This document shows positions 12,101-23,423 of a DNA stretch of 64,000 nt, in pieces. The position numbers were made by a program, and so were the translations under genes. The stretch's first letter is position 1. The number at the start of each line of letters is the position of its first letter. The stretch is from Ranitomeya imitator (Eukaryota), in NCBI RefSeq assembly GCF_032444005.1, contig NC_091286.1, positions 584,660,001 through 584,724,000 of the forward strand, written 5' to 3'. The notes under the pieces are model-generated. The model worked only from the letters and a program-made list of their open reading frames with translations. It was not told the origin of the DNA and made no database searches.

Positions 12101-14860
12101 TATCGTCGTTTCATAACTAATTTTTCTAGTGTTGTTAAGCCTTTGACGGATTTGACTAAGAAGGGTGCTGATGTTGCTGATTGGTCTCCTGCGGCTGTGG
12201 AGGCCTTTCAGGAACTTAAGCGCCGGTTTTCTTCTGCTCCTGTGTTGCGTCAGCCAGATGTTTCGCTTCCTTTTCAGGTTGAGGTTGATGCTTCCGAGAT
12301 TGGAGCGGGGGCGGTTTTGTCGCAGAGAAGCTCCGATTGCTCAGTGATGAAGCCATGTGCGTTCTTTTCTAGAAAGTTTTCGCGCACTGAGCGGAATTAT
12401 GATGTTGGTAATCGGGAGCTTTTGGCCATGAAGTGGGCATTTGAGGAGTGGCGTCATTGGCTTGAGGGTGCTAGACATCGTGTGGTGGTCTTGATTGATC
12501 ACAAAAATCTGATTTACCTTGAGTCTGCCAAGCGTCTGAATCCTAGACAGGCTCGTTGGTCACTGTTTTTCTCCCGTTTCGATTTTGTGGTTTCCTACCT
12601 GCCAGGTTCAAAGAATGTGAAGGCGGATGCTCTTTCTAGGAGTTTTGTGCTTGACTCCCCTGGAAATTCTGAGCCCACTGGTATCCTTAGGGATGGGGTG
12701 ATTTTGTCGGCTGTCTCCCCAGACTTGCGACGTGCTTTGCAGGAGTTTCAGGCGGATAAACCTGATCGTTGTCCGCCTGAAAGACTGTTTGTTCCGGATA
12801 ATTGGACCAGTAGAGTCATCTCCGAGGTCCATTCTTCTGCGTTGGCAGGTCATCCTGGAATATTTGGTACTAGAGACTTGGTGGCCAGGTCTTTTTGGTG
12901 GCCTTCCTTGTCGAGGGATGTGCGTTCTTTTGTGCAGTCTTGTGAAGTTTGCGCTCGGGCTAAGCCTTGCTGTTCTCGGGCCAGTGGATTGTTGTCACCT
13001 TTGCCTATCCCGAAGAGGCCTTGGACGCACATTTCCATGGACTTTATTTCGGATCTCCCTGTCTCTCAAAAAATGTCCGTCATCTGGGTTGTGTGTGACC
13101 GCTTTTCTAAGATGGTTCATCTGGTACCCTTGCCTAAGTTACCTTCCTCCTCTGAGTTGGTCCCTCTGTTTTTTCAGAACGTGGTTCGTTTGCATGGGAT
13201 TCCGGAGAACATCGTTTCTGACAGGGGATCCCAGTTTGTGTCTAGATTTTGGCGGACGTTCTGTGCTAAGATGGGCATTGATTTGTCCTTTTCGTCTGCA
13301 TTCCATCCTCAGACGAATGGCCAGACGGAACGAACTAATCAGACCTTGGAAACTTATTTAAGGTGTTTTGTTTCTGCTGATCAAGATGACTGGGTTACCT
13401 TTTTGCCGCTTGCCGAATTTGCCCTTAATAATCGGGCTAGTTCTGCTACCTTGGTTTCTCCTTTCTTTTGTAATTCGGGGTTTCATCCTCGTTTTTCCTC
13501 TGGTCAGGTGGAGCCTTCTGATTTTCCTGGAGTGGACATGGTGGTGGATAGGTTGCATCAGATTTGGAGTCATGTGGTGGACAATTTGAAGTTGTCCCAG
13601 GAGAGGGCTCAGCAGTTTGCTAATCGCCGTCGCCGCGTGGGTCCTCGACTTCGTGTTGGGGACTTGGTGTGGTTGTCTTCTCGTTTTGTTCCTATGAAGG
13701 TCTCTTCTCCTAAGTTCAAGCCTCGGTTCATCGGTCCCTATAGGATCTTGGAAATTCTTAACCCTGTGTCGTTTCGTTTGGATCTCCCGTCATCGTTTGC
13801 TATACATAATGTGTTCCATCGGTCGTTGTTGCGGAAGTATGAGGTACCTGTTCCTTCGCTTGAACCTCCTGCTCCGGTGCTGGTGGAGGGAGAATTGGAG
13901 TATGTTGTGGAGAAGATCTTGGATTCTCGTGTTTCCAGACGGAAACTCCAATATTTGGTCAAGTGGAAGGGTTATGGTCAGGAGGATAATTCTTGGGTGG
14001 TTGCCTCTGATGTTCATGCTGCTGATTTGGTCCGTGCATTTCATAGGGCTCATCCTGGTCGCCCTGGTGGTTCTCGTGAGGGTTCGGTGACCCCTCCTCA
14101 AGGGGGGGGTACTGTTGTGGATTCTGTTTTTGGGCTCCCTCTGGTGGTTACAGATGGTACTGGGTGACTTGTGTTTTCTGCGGTCTCTGGTGTCCACCTG
14201 TTCTATCAGGATATGGGAGTTTCCTATTTAACCTGGCTTTCTTGTCATTTCCTCGCCGGCTATCAATGTAATCAGTGTGTCTTGTTACCTCTGCTTCCCG
14301 CTTCTGTAATCTTCAGGACAAGCTAAGTTTTTGATTTTCCTGTTCCACGTTTTGCTTAATTTTTGTCTTAGTCCAGCTTGCAGATATGTGATTCCTTTTT
14401 GCTGGTTGCTCTAGTGGGCTGATATTACTCCTCATGTTCCATGAGTTGGCACATGAGTTCAAGTAATTTCAGGATAGTTTTTTTGTAGGGTTTTTCGCTG
14501 ACCGCGCAGTTCACTTTTGTATCCTCTGCTATCTAGCTTTAGCGGGCCTCATTTTGCTGAATCTGTTTTCATAACTACGTATGTGCTTTTCTCTCACTTC
14601 ACCGTCATTACATGTGGGGGGCTGCTATTTCTGTGGGGTGTTTCTCTGGAGGCAAGAGAGGTCTGTGTTTCTTCTAATAGGGGAAGTTAGTCCTTCGGCT
14701 GGCGCGAGACGTCTAGGAATCATCGTAGGCACGTTCCCCGGCTACAGCTAGTTGTGTGTTGAGGTTCAGGATCGCGGTCAGCTCAGTTTCCATCACCCTA
14801 GAGCTTGTTTTGTTTTTTGTGCTTGTCCTTTTGTGATTCCCTGCCTTTGGGATCATGACA
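9132..14860 (+). mobile_element. Ty3/Gypsy chromovirus B, apparently intact
   Basis: LTRs 9132-9879 and 14113-14860 are both 748 bp, TG..CA, with about 7 substitutions by eye. PPT lies at 14101-14110. Duplication gttctc at 9126-9131 and 14861-14866. Confidence 0.95.
10055..14167 (+). CDS. Gypsy B single gag-pol polyprotein (1370 aa) with chromodomain
   Basis: CFYCGDSAHVISAC, YVDSGA, YLDD, RNase H, integrase HHCC (H..GHPG..CEVC), D-D-E (MDFIS, SDRGSQF, QTERTN), GPY and chromodomain are all present with no internal stops. Confidence 0.95.
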   Translation: MDIQSLASSLNNLAAKVQNIQDFVVHAPMSEPRIPIPEFFSGDRSSFLNFRNNCKLFLSLKSRSSGDPAQQVKIVISFLRGDPQNWAFALAPGDPALLNVDAFFLALGLLYEEPNLEIQAEKALLALSQGQDEAEIYCQKFRKWSVLTQWNECALAARFRDGLSEAIKDVMVGFPAPTGLNESMTMAIQIDRRLRERKPVHHLAVSSEQAPETMQCDRIQSRSERQNYRRKNGLCFYCGDSAHVISACSKRTKKVDKSVAISTLQSKFILSVTLICSLSAISVDAYVDSGAALSLMDWSFANRCGFSLEPLEIPIPLKGIDSTPLAMNKPQYWTQVTMRMTPVHQEVIRFLVLYNLHDVLVLGLPWLQTHNPVLDWKTMSVLSWGCQGVHDDAPPISIASSTPSEVPVFLSDYRDVFEEPKLNLLPPHRDCDCAIDLIPGSKFPKGRLFNLSVPEHTAMRDYVKESLEKGHIRPSSSPLGAGFFFVAKKDGSLRPCIDYRLLNKITVKYQYPLPLLTDLFARIKGAKWFTKIDLRGAYNLVRIKQGDEWKTAFNTPEGHFEYLVMPFGLSNAPSVFQSFMHDIFREYLDKFMIVYLDDVLVFSDDWESHVQQVRKVFQVLRANSLFVKGSKCLFGVQKISFLGYIFSPSTIEMDPVKVQAICDWTQPTSLKSLQKFLGFANFYRRFITNFSSVVKPLTDLTKKGADVADWSPAAVEAFQELKRRFSSAPVLRQPDVSLPFQVEVDASEIGAGAVLSQRSSDCSVMKPCAFFSRKFSRTERNYDVGNRELLAMKWAFEEWRHWLEGARHRVVVLIDHKNLIYLESAKRLNPRQARWSLFFSRFDFVVSYLPGSKNVKADALSRSFVLDSPGNSEPTGILRDGVILSAVSPDLRRALQEFQADKPDRCPPERLFVPDNWTSRVISEVHSSALAGHPGIFGTRDLVARSFWWPSLSRDVRSFVQSCEVCARAKPCCSRASGLLSPLPIPKRPWTHISMDFISDLPVSQKMSVIWVVCDRFSKMVHLVPLPKLPSSSELVPLFFQNVVRLHGIPENIVSDRGSQFVSRFWRTFCAKMGIDLSFSSAFHPQTNGQTERTNQTLETYLRCFVSADQDDWVTFLPLAEFALNNRASSATLVSPFFCNSGFHPRFSSGQVEPSDFPGVDMVVDRLHQIWSHVVDNLKLSQERAQQFANRRRRVGPRLRVGDLVWLSSRFVPMKVSSPKFKPRFIGPYRILEILNPVSFRLDLPSSFAIHNVFHRSLLRKYEVPVPSLEPPAPVLVEGELEYVVEKILDSRVSRRKLQYLVKWKGYGQEDNSWVVASDVHAADLVRAFHRAHPGRPGGSREGSVTPPQGGGTVVDSVFGLPLVVTDGTG

Positions 14861-15615
14861 GTTCTCTCTGTGAGCTTCCGTTGGTGGAGGAAAGTGGTAC
14901 TGCGGCTTCTGAGTTTCCTTCCTCAGGTAATGTGGTGAAGTCGTTAGGTGCTGCTCTATTTAACTCCACCTAGTGCTTTGATCCTGGCCTCCAGTCAATG
15001 TTCTAGTATTGGACCTGTTTCCTCCTGGATCATTCCTGTGGCCTGCTGCTCTGCATAGCTAAGTTCCTCTTTGCTATTTGTTTGCTGTTTTTTTCTGTCC
15101 AGCTTGTCAATTTGTTTTTTTCTGCTTGCTGGAAGCTCTGGGACGCAGAGGGTGTACCTCCGTGCCGTTAGTTCGGTACGGAGGGTCTTTTTGCCCCCTT
15201 TGCGTGGTTTTTGTAGGGTTTTGTGTTGACCGCAAAGTTACCTTTCCTACCCTCGCTCTGTTCAGAAAGTTGGGCCTCACTTTGCTGAATCTATTTCATC
15301 TCTACGTTTGTCTTTTCATCTTTACTCACAGTCATTATATGTGGGGGCTGCCTTTTCCTTTGGGGTATTTCTCTGAGGCAAGGTAGGCTTATTTTCTATC
15401 TTCAGGCTAGCTAGTTTCTCAGGCCGTGCCGAGTTGCATAGGGAGCGTTAGGCGCAATCCACGGCTGCCTTTAGTGTGGTTGGAGAGGATTAGGGATTGC
15501 GGTCAACAGAGTTCCCACGTCTCAGAGCTTGTTCTTGTTTTTTGGGTTATTGCCAGGTCACTGTATGTGCGCTGACCTCTATGTCCATTGTGGTACTGAA
15601 TTACCTTTCGTAACA

Positions 15616-16150
15616 GTGATGGCACTCTTTTATTTTGTGAAAAATGGACAACACATTGGGGAATTGGGCATGGCATTACATTGGGTCTATTTCCTAACTC
15701 TGTCTCCTGCAATCTGTCCTGTACCTGCCAGTAGATCACCAGGGTGAACGTGCTCTGTACGGTACATGTTTGCCAAGGGGCCTGTGATGGCACTCTTTTA
15801 TATATAAAAAAAAACGGATTTTACATTGGGGAATTGGGCATGACATTTCTTTGGGCCTACTTCTTAACTCGGTCTCCTGCAATCTGTCTTATACCTGCCA
15901 GTAGATCACCAGGGTGAACGTGGTCTGTATGGGGCATTTAGGTCTAGGGGGCTGTGATGGCACTATTTTAATCAGTCCAAAAAGGACCCCACATTGGGGA
16001 ATTGGGCATGGCTTTCCATTGGGCCTACTTCTTAACTCTGTCTCCTGCAATGTCTCTTGAATAACTGCCATAGATCACCAGGGTGAATGTGCTTTGTACT
16101 GTTATAGGCTGGTGAAGTTTGGTCAAGAGGGGCTGTGATGGCACTAGTCT
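15616..16150. repeat. ~165-bp tandem repeat, right part
   Basis: Same unit as 4670-5026, continuing after Gypsy A. Confidence 0.8.
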
Positions 16151-16361
16151 ATTTTTACAAAAGGTACCCCACATTGGTGAAACCACATCCTTGTTGGAAA
16201 AGACTTCATAGTATTTGTGTACCTTAAAGAGCTCACTTGGGGGGTGTGGCTTAGGCACCATCAGGAGAGGAAGCTTCTTCCAGGAGCTCCTGATCTCCAG
16301 CCTGGAAATCAACATCCATCGGCAACACTGCTGCTGTAAATCATCTTGTCTTACCATCTAA

Positions 16362-16778
16362 AGGTACCTTCACACTCAGCAACTTTACAACGAGAACGAC
16401 AACGATCCGTGACGTTGCAGCGTCCTGGATAGCGATCTCGTTGTGTTTGACACGCACCAGCGATCTAGATCCTGCTGTGATATCGCTGGTCGTTGCTGAA
16501 AGTCCAGAACTTTATTTGGTCGTCAGATCAGCGTGTATCGTTGTTGTTTGACAGCAAAAGCAACGATGCCTGCAATGATTTACATGGAGCTAATGACCTG
16601 TGACGACCTGTGAGAACGATAAGTGAGTAACCCTTACGTCACTGGATCGCTCCTGCATCGTTCTGGAGCTGCTGTGTTTGACATCTCTACAGCGACCTAA
16701 ACAGCGACGCTCCAGCGATCTAGTTTAGGTCGGATCGTTGTCTATATCGCCGGAGCGTCGCTAAATGTGACGGTACCT
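16362..16778. mobile_element. PIF/Harbinger-like MITE in the L1 5' UTR
   Basis: TIRs aggtaccttcacac / atgtgacggtacct and a TAA duplication. Confidence 0.75.
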
Positions 16779-16956
16779 TAAGCCTCCATGAGAGTATGCT
16801 GCATCTGGTGGACCACAAGAAAATAGCTTTTACAGAGTGTGAAGGGATCTCTGGAGCCTGAGCCTCGAGGCCTGGTGAGTGTAACAGGCCAGTGCTTCTC
16901 CTGTGGGGGAGGGCCTGTGATTTGCTCTCTGCACCTCTCGCTTCCCAAACATCTAA

Positions 16957-17693
16957 GGGTACCGTTACACTATACGATTTACCAATGATCTAGACCAGCG
17001 ATACCACCTGGCCGTGATCGTTGGTAAGTCGTTGTGTGGTCGCTGGAGAGCTGTCACACAGACAGCTCTCCAGCGACCAACGATGCCGAGGTCCCGGGTA
17101 ACCAGGGTAAACATCGGGTTACTAAGCGCAGGGCCGCGCTTAGTAACCCGATGTTTACCCTGGTTACCAGCGTAAAAAAAAACAAACACAGTACATACTT
17201 ACATTCCGGTGTCTGTCCCTTGCCGTCTGCTTCCCGCACTGACTGACTGCCGGCCGTAAAGTGAAAGCACAGCACAGCGCGCTGTGCTCTGCTTTCACTT
17301 TACGGCCGGCAGTCAGTCAGTGTGGGAAGCAGACGGCAAGGGACCTGACGGACACCGGAATGTAAGTATGTACTGTTTTTTTTTTTTACATTTACGATGG
17401 TAACCAGGATAAACATCGGGTTACTAAGCGCGGCCCTGCGCTTAGTAACCCGATGTTTACCCTGGTTACAAGCGAACGCATCGCTGGATCGGTGTCACAC
17501 ATACCGATCCAGCGATGACAGCGGGAGATCCAGCGACGAAAGAATGTTCCAAACGATCTGCTACGACGTACGATTCTCAGCAGGGTCCCTGATCGCTGCT
17601 GCGTGTCAGACACAGCGATATCGTATGGATATCGCTGGAACGTCACGGATCGTACCGTCGTAGCGACAAAAGTGCCACTGTGAGACGGAACCC
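16957..17693. mobile_element. PIF/Harbinger-like MITE with nested palindromes, in the L1 5' UTR
   Basis: TIRs gggtaccgttacac / gtgagacggaaccc and a TAA duplication. Internal hairpins at 17038-17077, 17097-17168, ~17170-17395 and 17399-17469. Confidence 0.8.
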
Positions 17694-18276
17694 TAACAGC
17701 AGAAACACCAGCACTTTTATCATCTTCCAGAGGTTTCCTTAATCCTTCTCTGCCCACAGTCAGATCTATTAGGAGATTCCCCCTGAGCAGAGAGGTGATT
17801 ACAGCCTGCACAAGCTTGCAATAGCCCTGTTCTCATAGTGGGGGGGGGACCAGGACAAATCCTCCTCTGCTGAGCAAACACGACTCCAGTGTGAGAGATA
17901 AGAGAGGCTGACAATATCCCTTCTAGTCAACAGAAGCTGATCGTCTACCACTGTCACTCTCCTCCATAAGAGAAGATAAACCATTTCTTTGGAATCCCAT
18001 CCCTTTTCCTGCAGCAGCACCCAGGAGAAAAATAAGACATATATCAGAGACAGTGTGCTTCCTGTATGTGTTTTCTCTGCTTCTACAACATCATCACTGA
18101 GTTGTACCCTCAAGTACACTGTCCTGGGCTTGTCCCACAACTAACCTTGTCATGCTGGACCTAAAATGAGGTGACGAGCTTTAGCATCACCAGACATAAC
18201 GCGGCTCATACCTGCTTTCACTGACTCTACTGACCGCTGAGGTGCTTACCGCTAGAACCGCAGCACGACTGGGCAC

Positions 18277-19251
18277 ATGATGACCCGAGGCAGATCTAAT
18301 AAGAAGGCCTCTCCTCCTCGCCTGCCAGACTTCTTTCCGCGGTCTCAAACCGCACATGCCGCAGGGAAAATGGCGCGGGCTTCTCCCTCCAGATCATCAC
18401 ACTCCTCCCGCGGCTCCCAGGATTCAGAAAGAGGTGAGACCTCAGCGGGAGCACAATATAGCAGCTCTGCACCTATGACCAGGGGGGATATGAAAGAATT
18501 CCTCACATCTATACGCGCCTCATTAAAAGAGGATATGCAGGACATGTTGAAGGAGATAAGAGGAGACATTAACTCCTTAGGGGCCCGCACGGATCATTTG
18601 GAAAACAAAATGTCCGAATATGTCTCTGTAATTAACGCTCTGGTGGATGAAAACCAAGTTATAAAAGGCAAGTTAGCAGGGGCATTTAATAAATTGCACG
18701 ACTTAGAGGACAGATCCAGGAGGAACAATATTCGTGTGAGAGGAATCCCTGAGAATGTTGCAGATAAAGATTTAGCTGCTTTGATCCAGAATTTTATGCA
18801 GGCTGCCCTGCCCTCACTTTCCTCGAGAGATCTACTGGCGGAGAGGGGACATAGAACACCCAAGCCCAAGCATCTAGACCCATCTCTTCCTAGAGACATC
18901 CTTGCACGGATTCATTTGTACACTACTAAAGAGACATTCCTGCGGCAGATAAGGAGCCCCCCTAACCTTCCCCCTGAATTCCGGGATCTCCAGGTCTTCC
19001 CGGATTTGTCAGCTGCTACTCTGGCCAAAAGGAGAGAATACGCCCATGTCTGTAAAGCATTGAGGGACATCAACATACGTTACCGATGGGGGTTTAATCC
19101 TGTGCGTTTGATTATCACTTATGAAAGACGCACGGTCGCCTGCCCCTCGCCTAAACAGGCAGAGGAGAGGCTTACGGCCTGGAATATACCCTTTGCTCCC
19201 AGACCTGCGGATACAGGAAAGAAAATAGCCTCAGACTGGTCTACGGTTTGA
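18277..19251 (+). CDS. L1 ORF1p (coiled-coil + RRM), 324 aa
   Basis: LEDRSRRNNIRVRGIPE, PRDILAR, FPDLSAATLAKRR and YRWGF motifs. Confidence 0.9.
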   Translation: MMTRGRSNKKASPPRLPDFFPRSQTAHAAGKMARASPSRSSHSSRGSQDSERGETSAGAQYSSSAPMTRGDMKEFLTSIRASLKEDMQDMLKEIRGDINSLGARTDHLENKMSEYVSVINALVDENQVIKGKLAGAFNKLHDLEDRSRRNNIRVRGIPENVADKDLAALIQNFMQAALPSLSSRDLLAERGHRTPKPKHLDPSLPRDILARIHLYTTKETFLRQIRSPPNLPPEFRDLQVFPDLSAATLAKRREYAHVCKALRDINIRYRWGFNPVRLIITYERRTVACPSPKQAEERLTAWNIPFAPRPADTGKKIASDWSTV

Positions 19252-19655
19252 CAGTGCCACACGGACGGTGTCCGGATTGCTGAGCTCTCCTACTGCACCC
19301 CTCAGTGGGCCTTTGGATTGTGAACCTCTCACTTCCACCCCTCCACGCAGATTCTGTTTTGCGGACTGTCTGGACTGTTCCGGACGTTCCTACGAGGATT
19401 CCTCGTATATTGACCTATGTTTTGTTTTGTTTTCCTTTGTTTTTACTTTTTATTTTTTGGTTCTTTTTACTACATACTTGCCCTTCCCCTTTCTTCCCTC
19501 CAGGTTTTTTCTCTCCAAATCCCCGGGCATTCTCTGTCTATATTGATTTTTGATTGTTATTATGGAACTGGCAGTTATTTGTATATAAGTTTTGGTACAC
19601 TGCCAGTGGGGTCACTGGGTAATACCAGCAGTATAGACTTTAGTATAATGGTACC

Positions 19656-22600
19656 ATGACTTTACAAATTCTTTCTTTGAATGTCAGGGGTTTAAACTCC
19701 CCTGACAAGAGATCTATGATGTGGAGGGAGGTGAAGCGGTCGAGGGCAGATATTATCTGCTTGCAGGAGACCCATTTGTTGGTCGAGGATAATTTTAGGC
19801 TTCGTCATCCCCTCTTCCCACACATTCTATTTGCTAATGGCCCAACCAAAAAGGCTGGTGTGTGCATCATGGTGAAAAATACAATCGCTTTTAAATTGAT
19901 AGCGCAAAATAATGACCCCATGGGTAGGTGCTTAACTATCACGTGCTTATTGAATGGTGAGTTGCACACGTTGACAAATCTTTATGCTCCCAATGAGGGA
20001 CAACATAAATTCCTGAGAACAACCCTTCATGAGGTCTCTGAGAATGTGAAGGGCAGCAATATAATATGTGGTGACTTTAATCTCCCCATGCATGTGGACC
20101 TTGATTGCTCTTCTGGTAGCAGACGACCTAGAGGGGACTTGACTCTCCTCACAGGCGAATTTCACCTGCATGATTATTGGAGATATTCGCATGCATCTGA
20201 GAAGGATTATACCTTTTACTCTTCCAGGCATTCCACATACTCCCGTATTGATTATTTTCTAACAGACAGTGCAACCTTGTCCAGATGTAGATCCGCAACT
20301 ATAGGCTTAATAACGTGGTCTGATCACGCTCCCATCACTCTAACTCTTACTTTAGCACACCAAGCTAACCCAGCCTTTAGGTGGCGATTAAACGACGCAC
20401 TGCTGTTGAATGGGGAGGTGTTAGATAGAATCTCTTCGGAGTTGGAACACTACTTTCAGATAAATGATAATGGAGAGGTTTCTGATGAGTCCTTATGGTT
20501 GGCACATAAAGTAGTGATTAGAGGTGTGCTTCTCCAACAAGCTTCCTACCTGAAAAGGAAGAGGGAGAGTGGCAGAGAGGCTTTACTTTCCCACTTGCAA
20601 TATTTAGACAATATCAACAAGTCTGCTCCCACGCCTTCTATCTCTGAGGAGATCTATCAGATTAGGTTTAAATTGAGAGAAAATCTCTTGGCCAGATATG
20701 CACATAACATGAAGAAATTCAAGACTAATCTATATGCCGCAGGTGATAGGGCAGGTGCACTCCTGGCACGCAGAGTACGTAAGAGGGAAGCTATGGACCA
20801 TATCTTAGATAAAAATGGGAAGGTCCTCAGGAACCCTCAGGACATAGTCCAAGCTTTTGCAGAATATTATACCGGCTTGTATAATTTAAAAGATGACCCT
20901 TCTACTCCCCAGCCGGATCACCAATCTATTTATAAATATCTAGACTCTATAAAATTACCCCGTATTACATCTGAGCAGCTAAACTACCTTAATTCTCCCT
21001 TCACAGATGTAGAAATTAACTCGACGATTAAACAAACTAAATCTCATAAGGCCCCAGGCCCAGACGGGTTGACGAATGACTATTATAAATCCTTTTATCT
21101 GTTGCTGACTCCATATTTGCAGAGATTATTCTCGGTGTGGAGAGACTCGGGTACTGTGACGGCTCCTGGTTTGGAAGCTACCATATCTACCATACCCAAG
21201 CCTGGGAAACCCCTCACACACCCTGGTGACTTTAGACCCATTGCTCTGCTCAATTCGGATGTCAAAATATTCACTAAAATTATAGCGTCCAGACTAAAGC
21301 TTATTATCCCAACTATAATTTCACCGGACCAAGTGGGTTTTGTGGCCGGACGTGAGACGAAAGATGGGGTGCGGCGCATGCTGAATCTGATTAAAATAGC
21401 CGAGCTGTCTGGCCTACTCAGTGCATTCCTGTCGCTTGATGCTGAGAAGGCTTTTGACAGGGTGCACTGGGGGTATCTTTGGGCAGTATTGGAAAGGTTT
21501 GGACTGTCAGGCCCAATATTCTCAGCAATCTGTGCTATGTATTCGACTCCTTGTGCCAGGGTCTTGACATCCGGTTTTTTATCTGGTCCGTTTCAGATCA
21601 CAAATGGCACTCGTCAGGGTTGCCCACTCTCTCCTATTATTTTCGCACTGTGCATGGAGCCGCTCGCTGAACGCATAAGAACCTCTATTAATATCACCGG
21701 CATCAGGGTTGGACAGATGGAGTACAGAATTGGCTTGTATGCTGATGATGTTATTCTATCCTGTGTCAACTTGGAGACATCCTTGACAGCTATTACCTTG
21801 GAACTCAGGGAATTCAGTAATGTGTCATACTACAGGTTGAATCCCACGAAGTCCTTGTTGTTTCCAGTGGTGGTTCCGTGTGCGGCCAAGTCGAAAATGG
21901 AGGCTGAGTTACCATTTAAATGGATGACAGAGGGTATCCCGTACTTGGGAGTTATATTGACGGGCTCTGAACAGATTGTCGAGAAGAATTTCTCTAAATT
22001 GATCACACAGGTTAGGGTACAACTTAACCATTTTCACAAAGTTATGACATCCTGGATTGCCAGGATTAATGTTTTCAAAATGATGATCCTGCCTAAAATA
22101 CTGTATCTCCTTAGGTGTATCCCATTAAAAATCCCCAAACGTTTGATTTTGAAATTACAAACTATGACATACGATTATATTTGGTCACACAAAAAATCCA
22201 GAATCTCTAGGACCTTGAAGTACTATCCGTACAAACGGGGAGGGCTGGGAATGCCGAACCTCATGCTGTACCATAGAGCGGCCATACTAACTGGACTTAG
22301 AGACTGGTGGCAGGCAGACAAAGACCACAGATGACTCAAAATAGAAAACTATTATGCCAAAACTAGATCTACCCGTACAATTCTTGAGGCTGAATCTATT
22401 GCAATCACTGATTATTCCCCTCCCTTACCAACCATGAAAATCGCGCTCCACTATTGGAGGACACTGGTCCCTTCCTTGATTAAATAATCTCATGACTCCC
22501 TATCCTTAAAAGCCCTTGAGACACACATCCCATTTATTAATCTCCAGCCTTGGGTTGATGCTGGAATCGTAACATTACGGCAGATATTGGATGCCGCTGG

Positions 22601-23423
22601 CCTTGTCCCCTTTGACCGCTTGGCCTCCAACTTCCCGAATGTCCGGAGATATTTCTATCAATATTTGAAGATACGTCATCTACTTCATAATTCCCCAAAC
22701 TCGCCTTTCTTCAACTCCCATTTAAATAACAGGGTTAATGGTTATTTCTTGTTGCCTGACTCTGGCCCTAAGGGAATTTCAATATTATATAAATCCTTAA
22801 ACGACCCAGCAGAAGATGTTAAACTGCCATATATGATCAAGTGGGAACAGGATCTGGACTTCCTATCGGACCCGATAGATTGGGAGGAGGGACTGGGTGA
22901 AGTATTACGGGTATCTGCCTGCGTCAATCATCTCGAACAATTGAAATAAGTACACCTTAGATGGTATCAATATCCGGTTCAGGTGGCTCACTATGACCCT
23001 ACCGGGTCAGACAAATGCTTGAGGGGGTGCGGTCACAGGGGAACTCTGGAACACACCTGGTGGTCGTGTCCAATTCTTCAGCCCTGGTGGAGAGATATGG
23101 ACCTTTTAATTGCACAAGTCTTGGGGATCCAGCTGACTATGTCACCTAGGCAGGCCATTCTTCACATCTGCCTGGAGGACATTCCACACATACTTCGAGG
23201 TACACTATCACATATTCTAATAGCTGCCAGGTTATTAGTCCCCTCAAGATGGAAAGACACTAATCCTCCCAATATTAGTGACTTAATTAATAAACTTAAT
23301 TTCCACTGCCAATATGAACTCGCTTTGGCTCACTCCATGACTGCCAAAACCAAAAGACAAAATGTTTGGCACCCTTGGCTACATAGTGGTCATTCCTCTA
23401 TTGACCCGCACCACCTTGTTTGA
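19656..23423 (+). pseudogene. L1 ORF2p (APE endonuclease, RT, CCHC), three nonsense codons, frame intact
   Basis: LNVRGLN, LQETH, GDFN, SRIDY, SDHAP, RQGCPLSP, YADD and CLRGC..HTWWSC. Stops at 22332, ~22485 and 22947. The downstream ORFs starting at 22587 and 22983 are in the same frame. Confidence 0.9.

Larger units (their letters stand above)
5027..15615 (+). mobile_element. Ty3/Gypsy chromovirus A, integrase core deleted, with element B nested in its 3' LTR
   Basis: 5' LTR 5027-5837 (TG..CA, 811 bp). PPT gggggggtac precedes 9070. 3' LTR is split into 9070-9131 + 14861-15615, which is 811 bp after removing the TSD. Flanking duplication gtgatg at 5021-5026 and 15616-15621. Confidence 0.95.

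Noticed and set aside
2244-14197. Numerous antisense and alternative-frame ORFs over CR1 and Gypsy
   Set aside because: They are shadows of the long retroelement ORFs and have no independent signatures.
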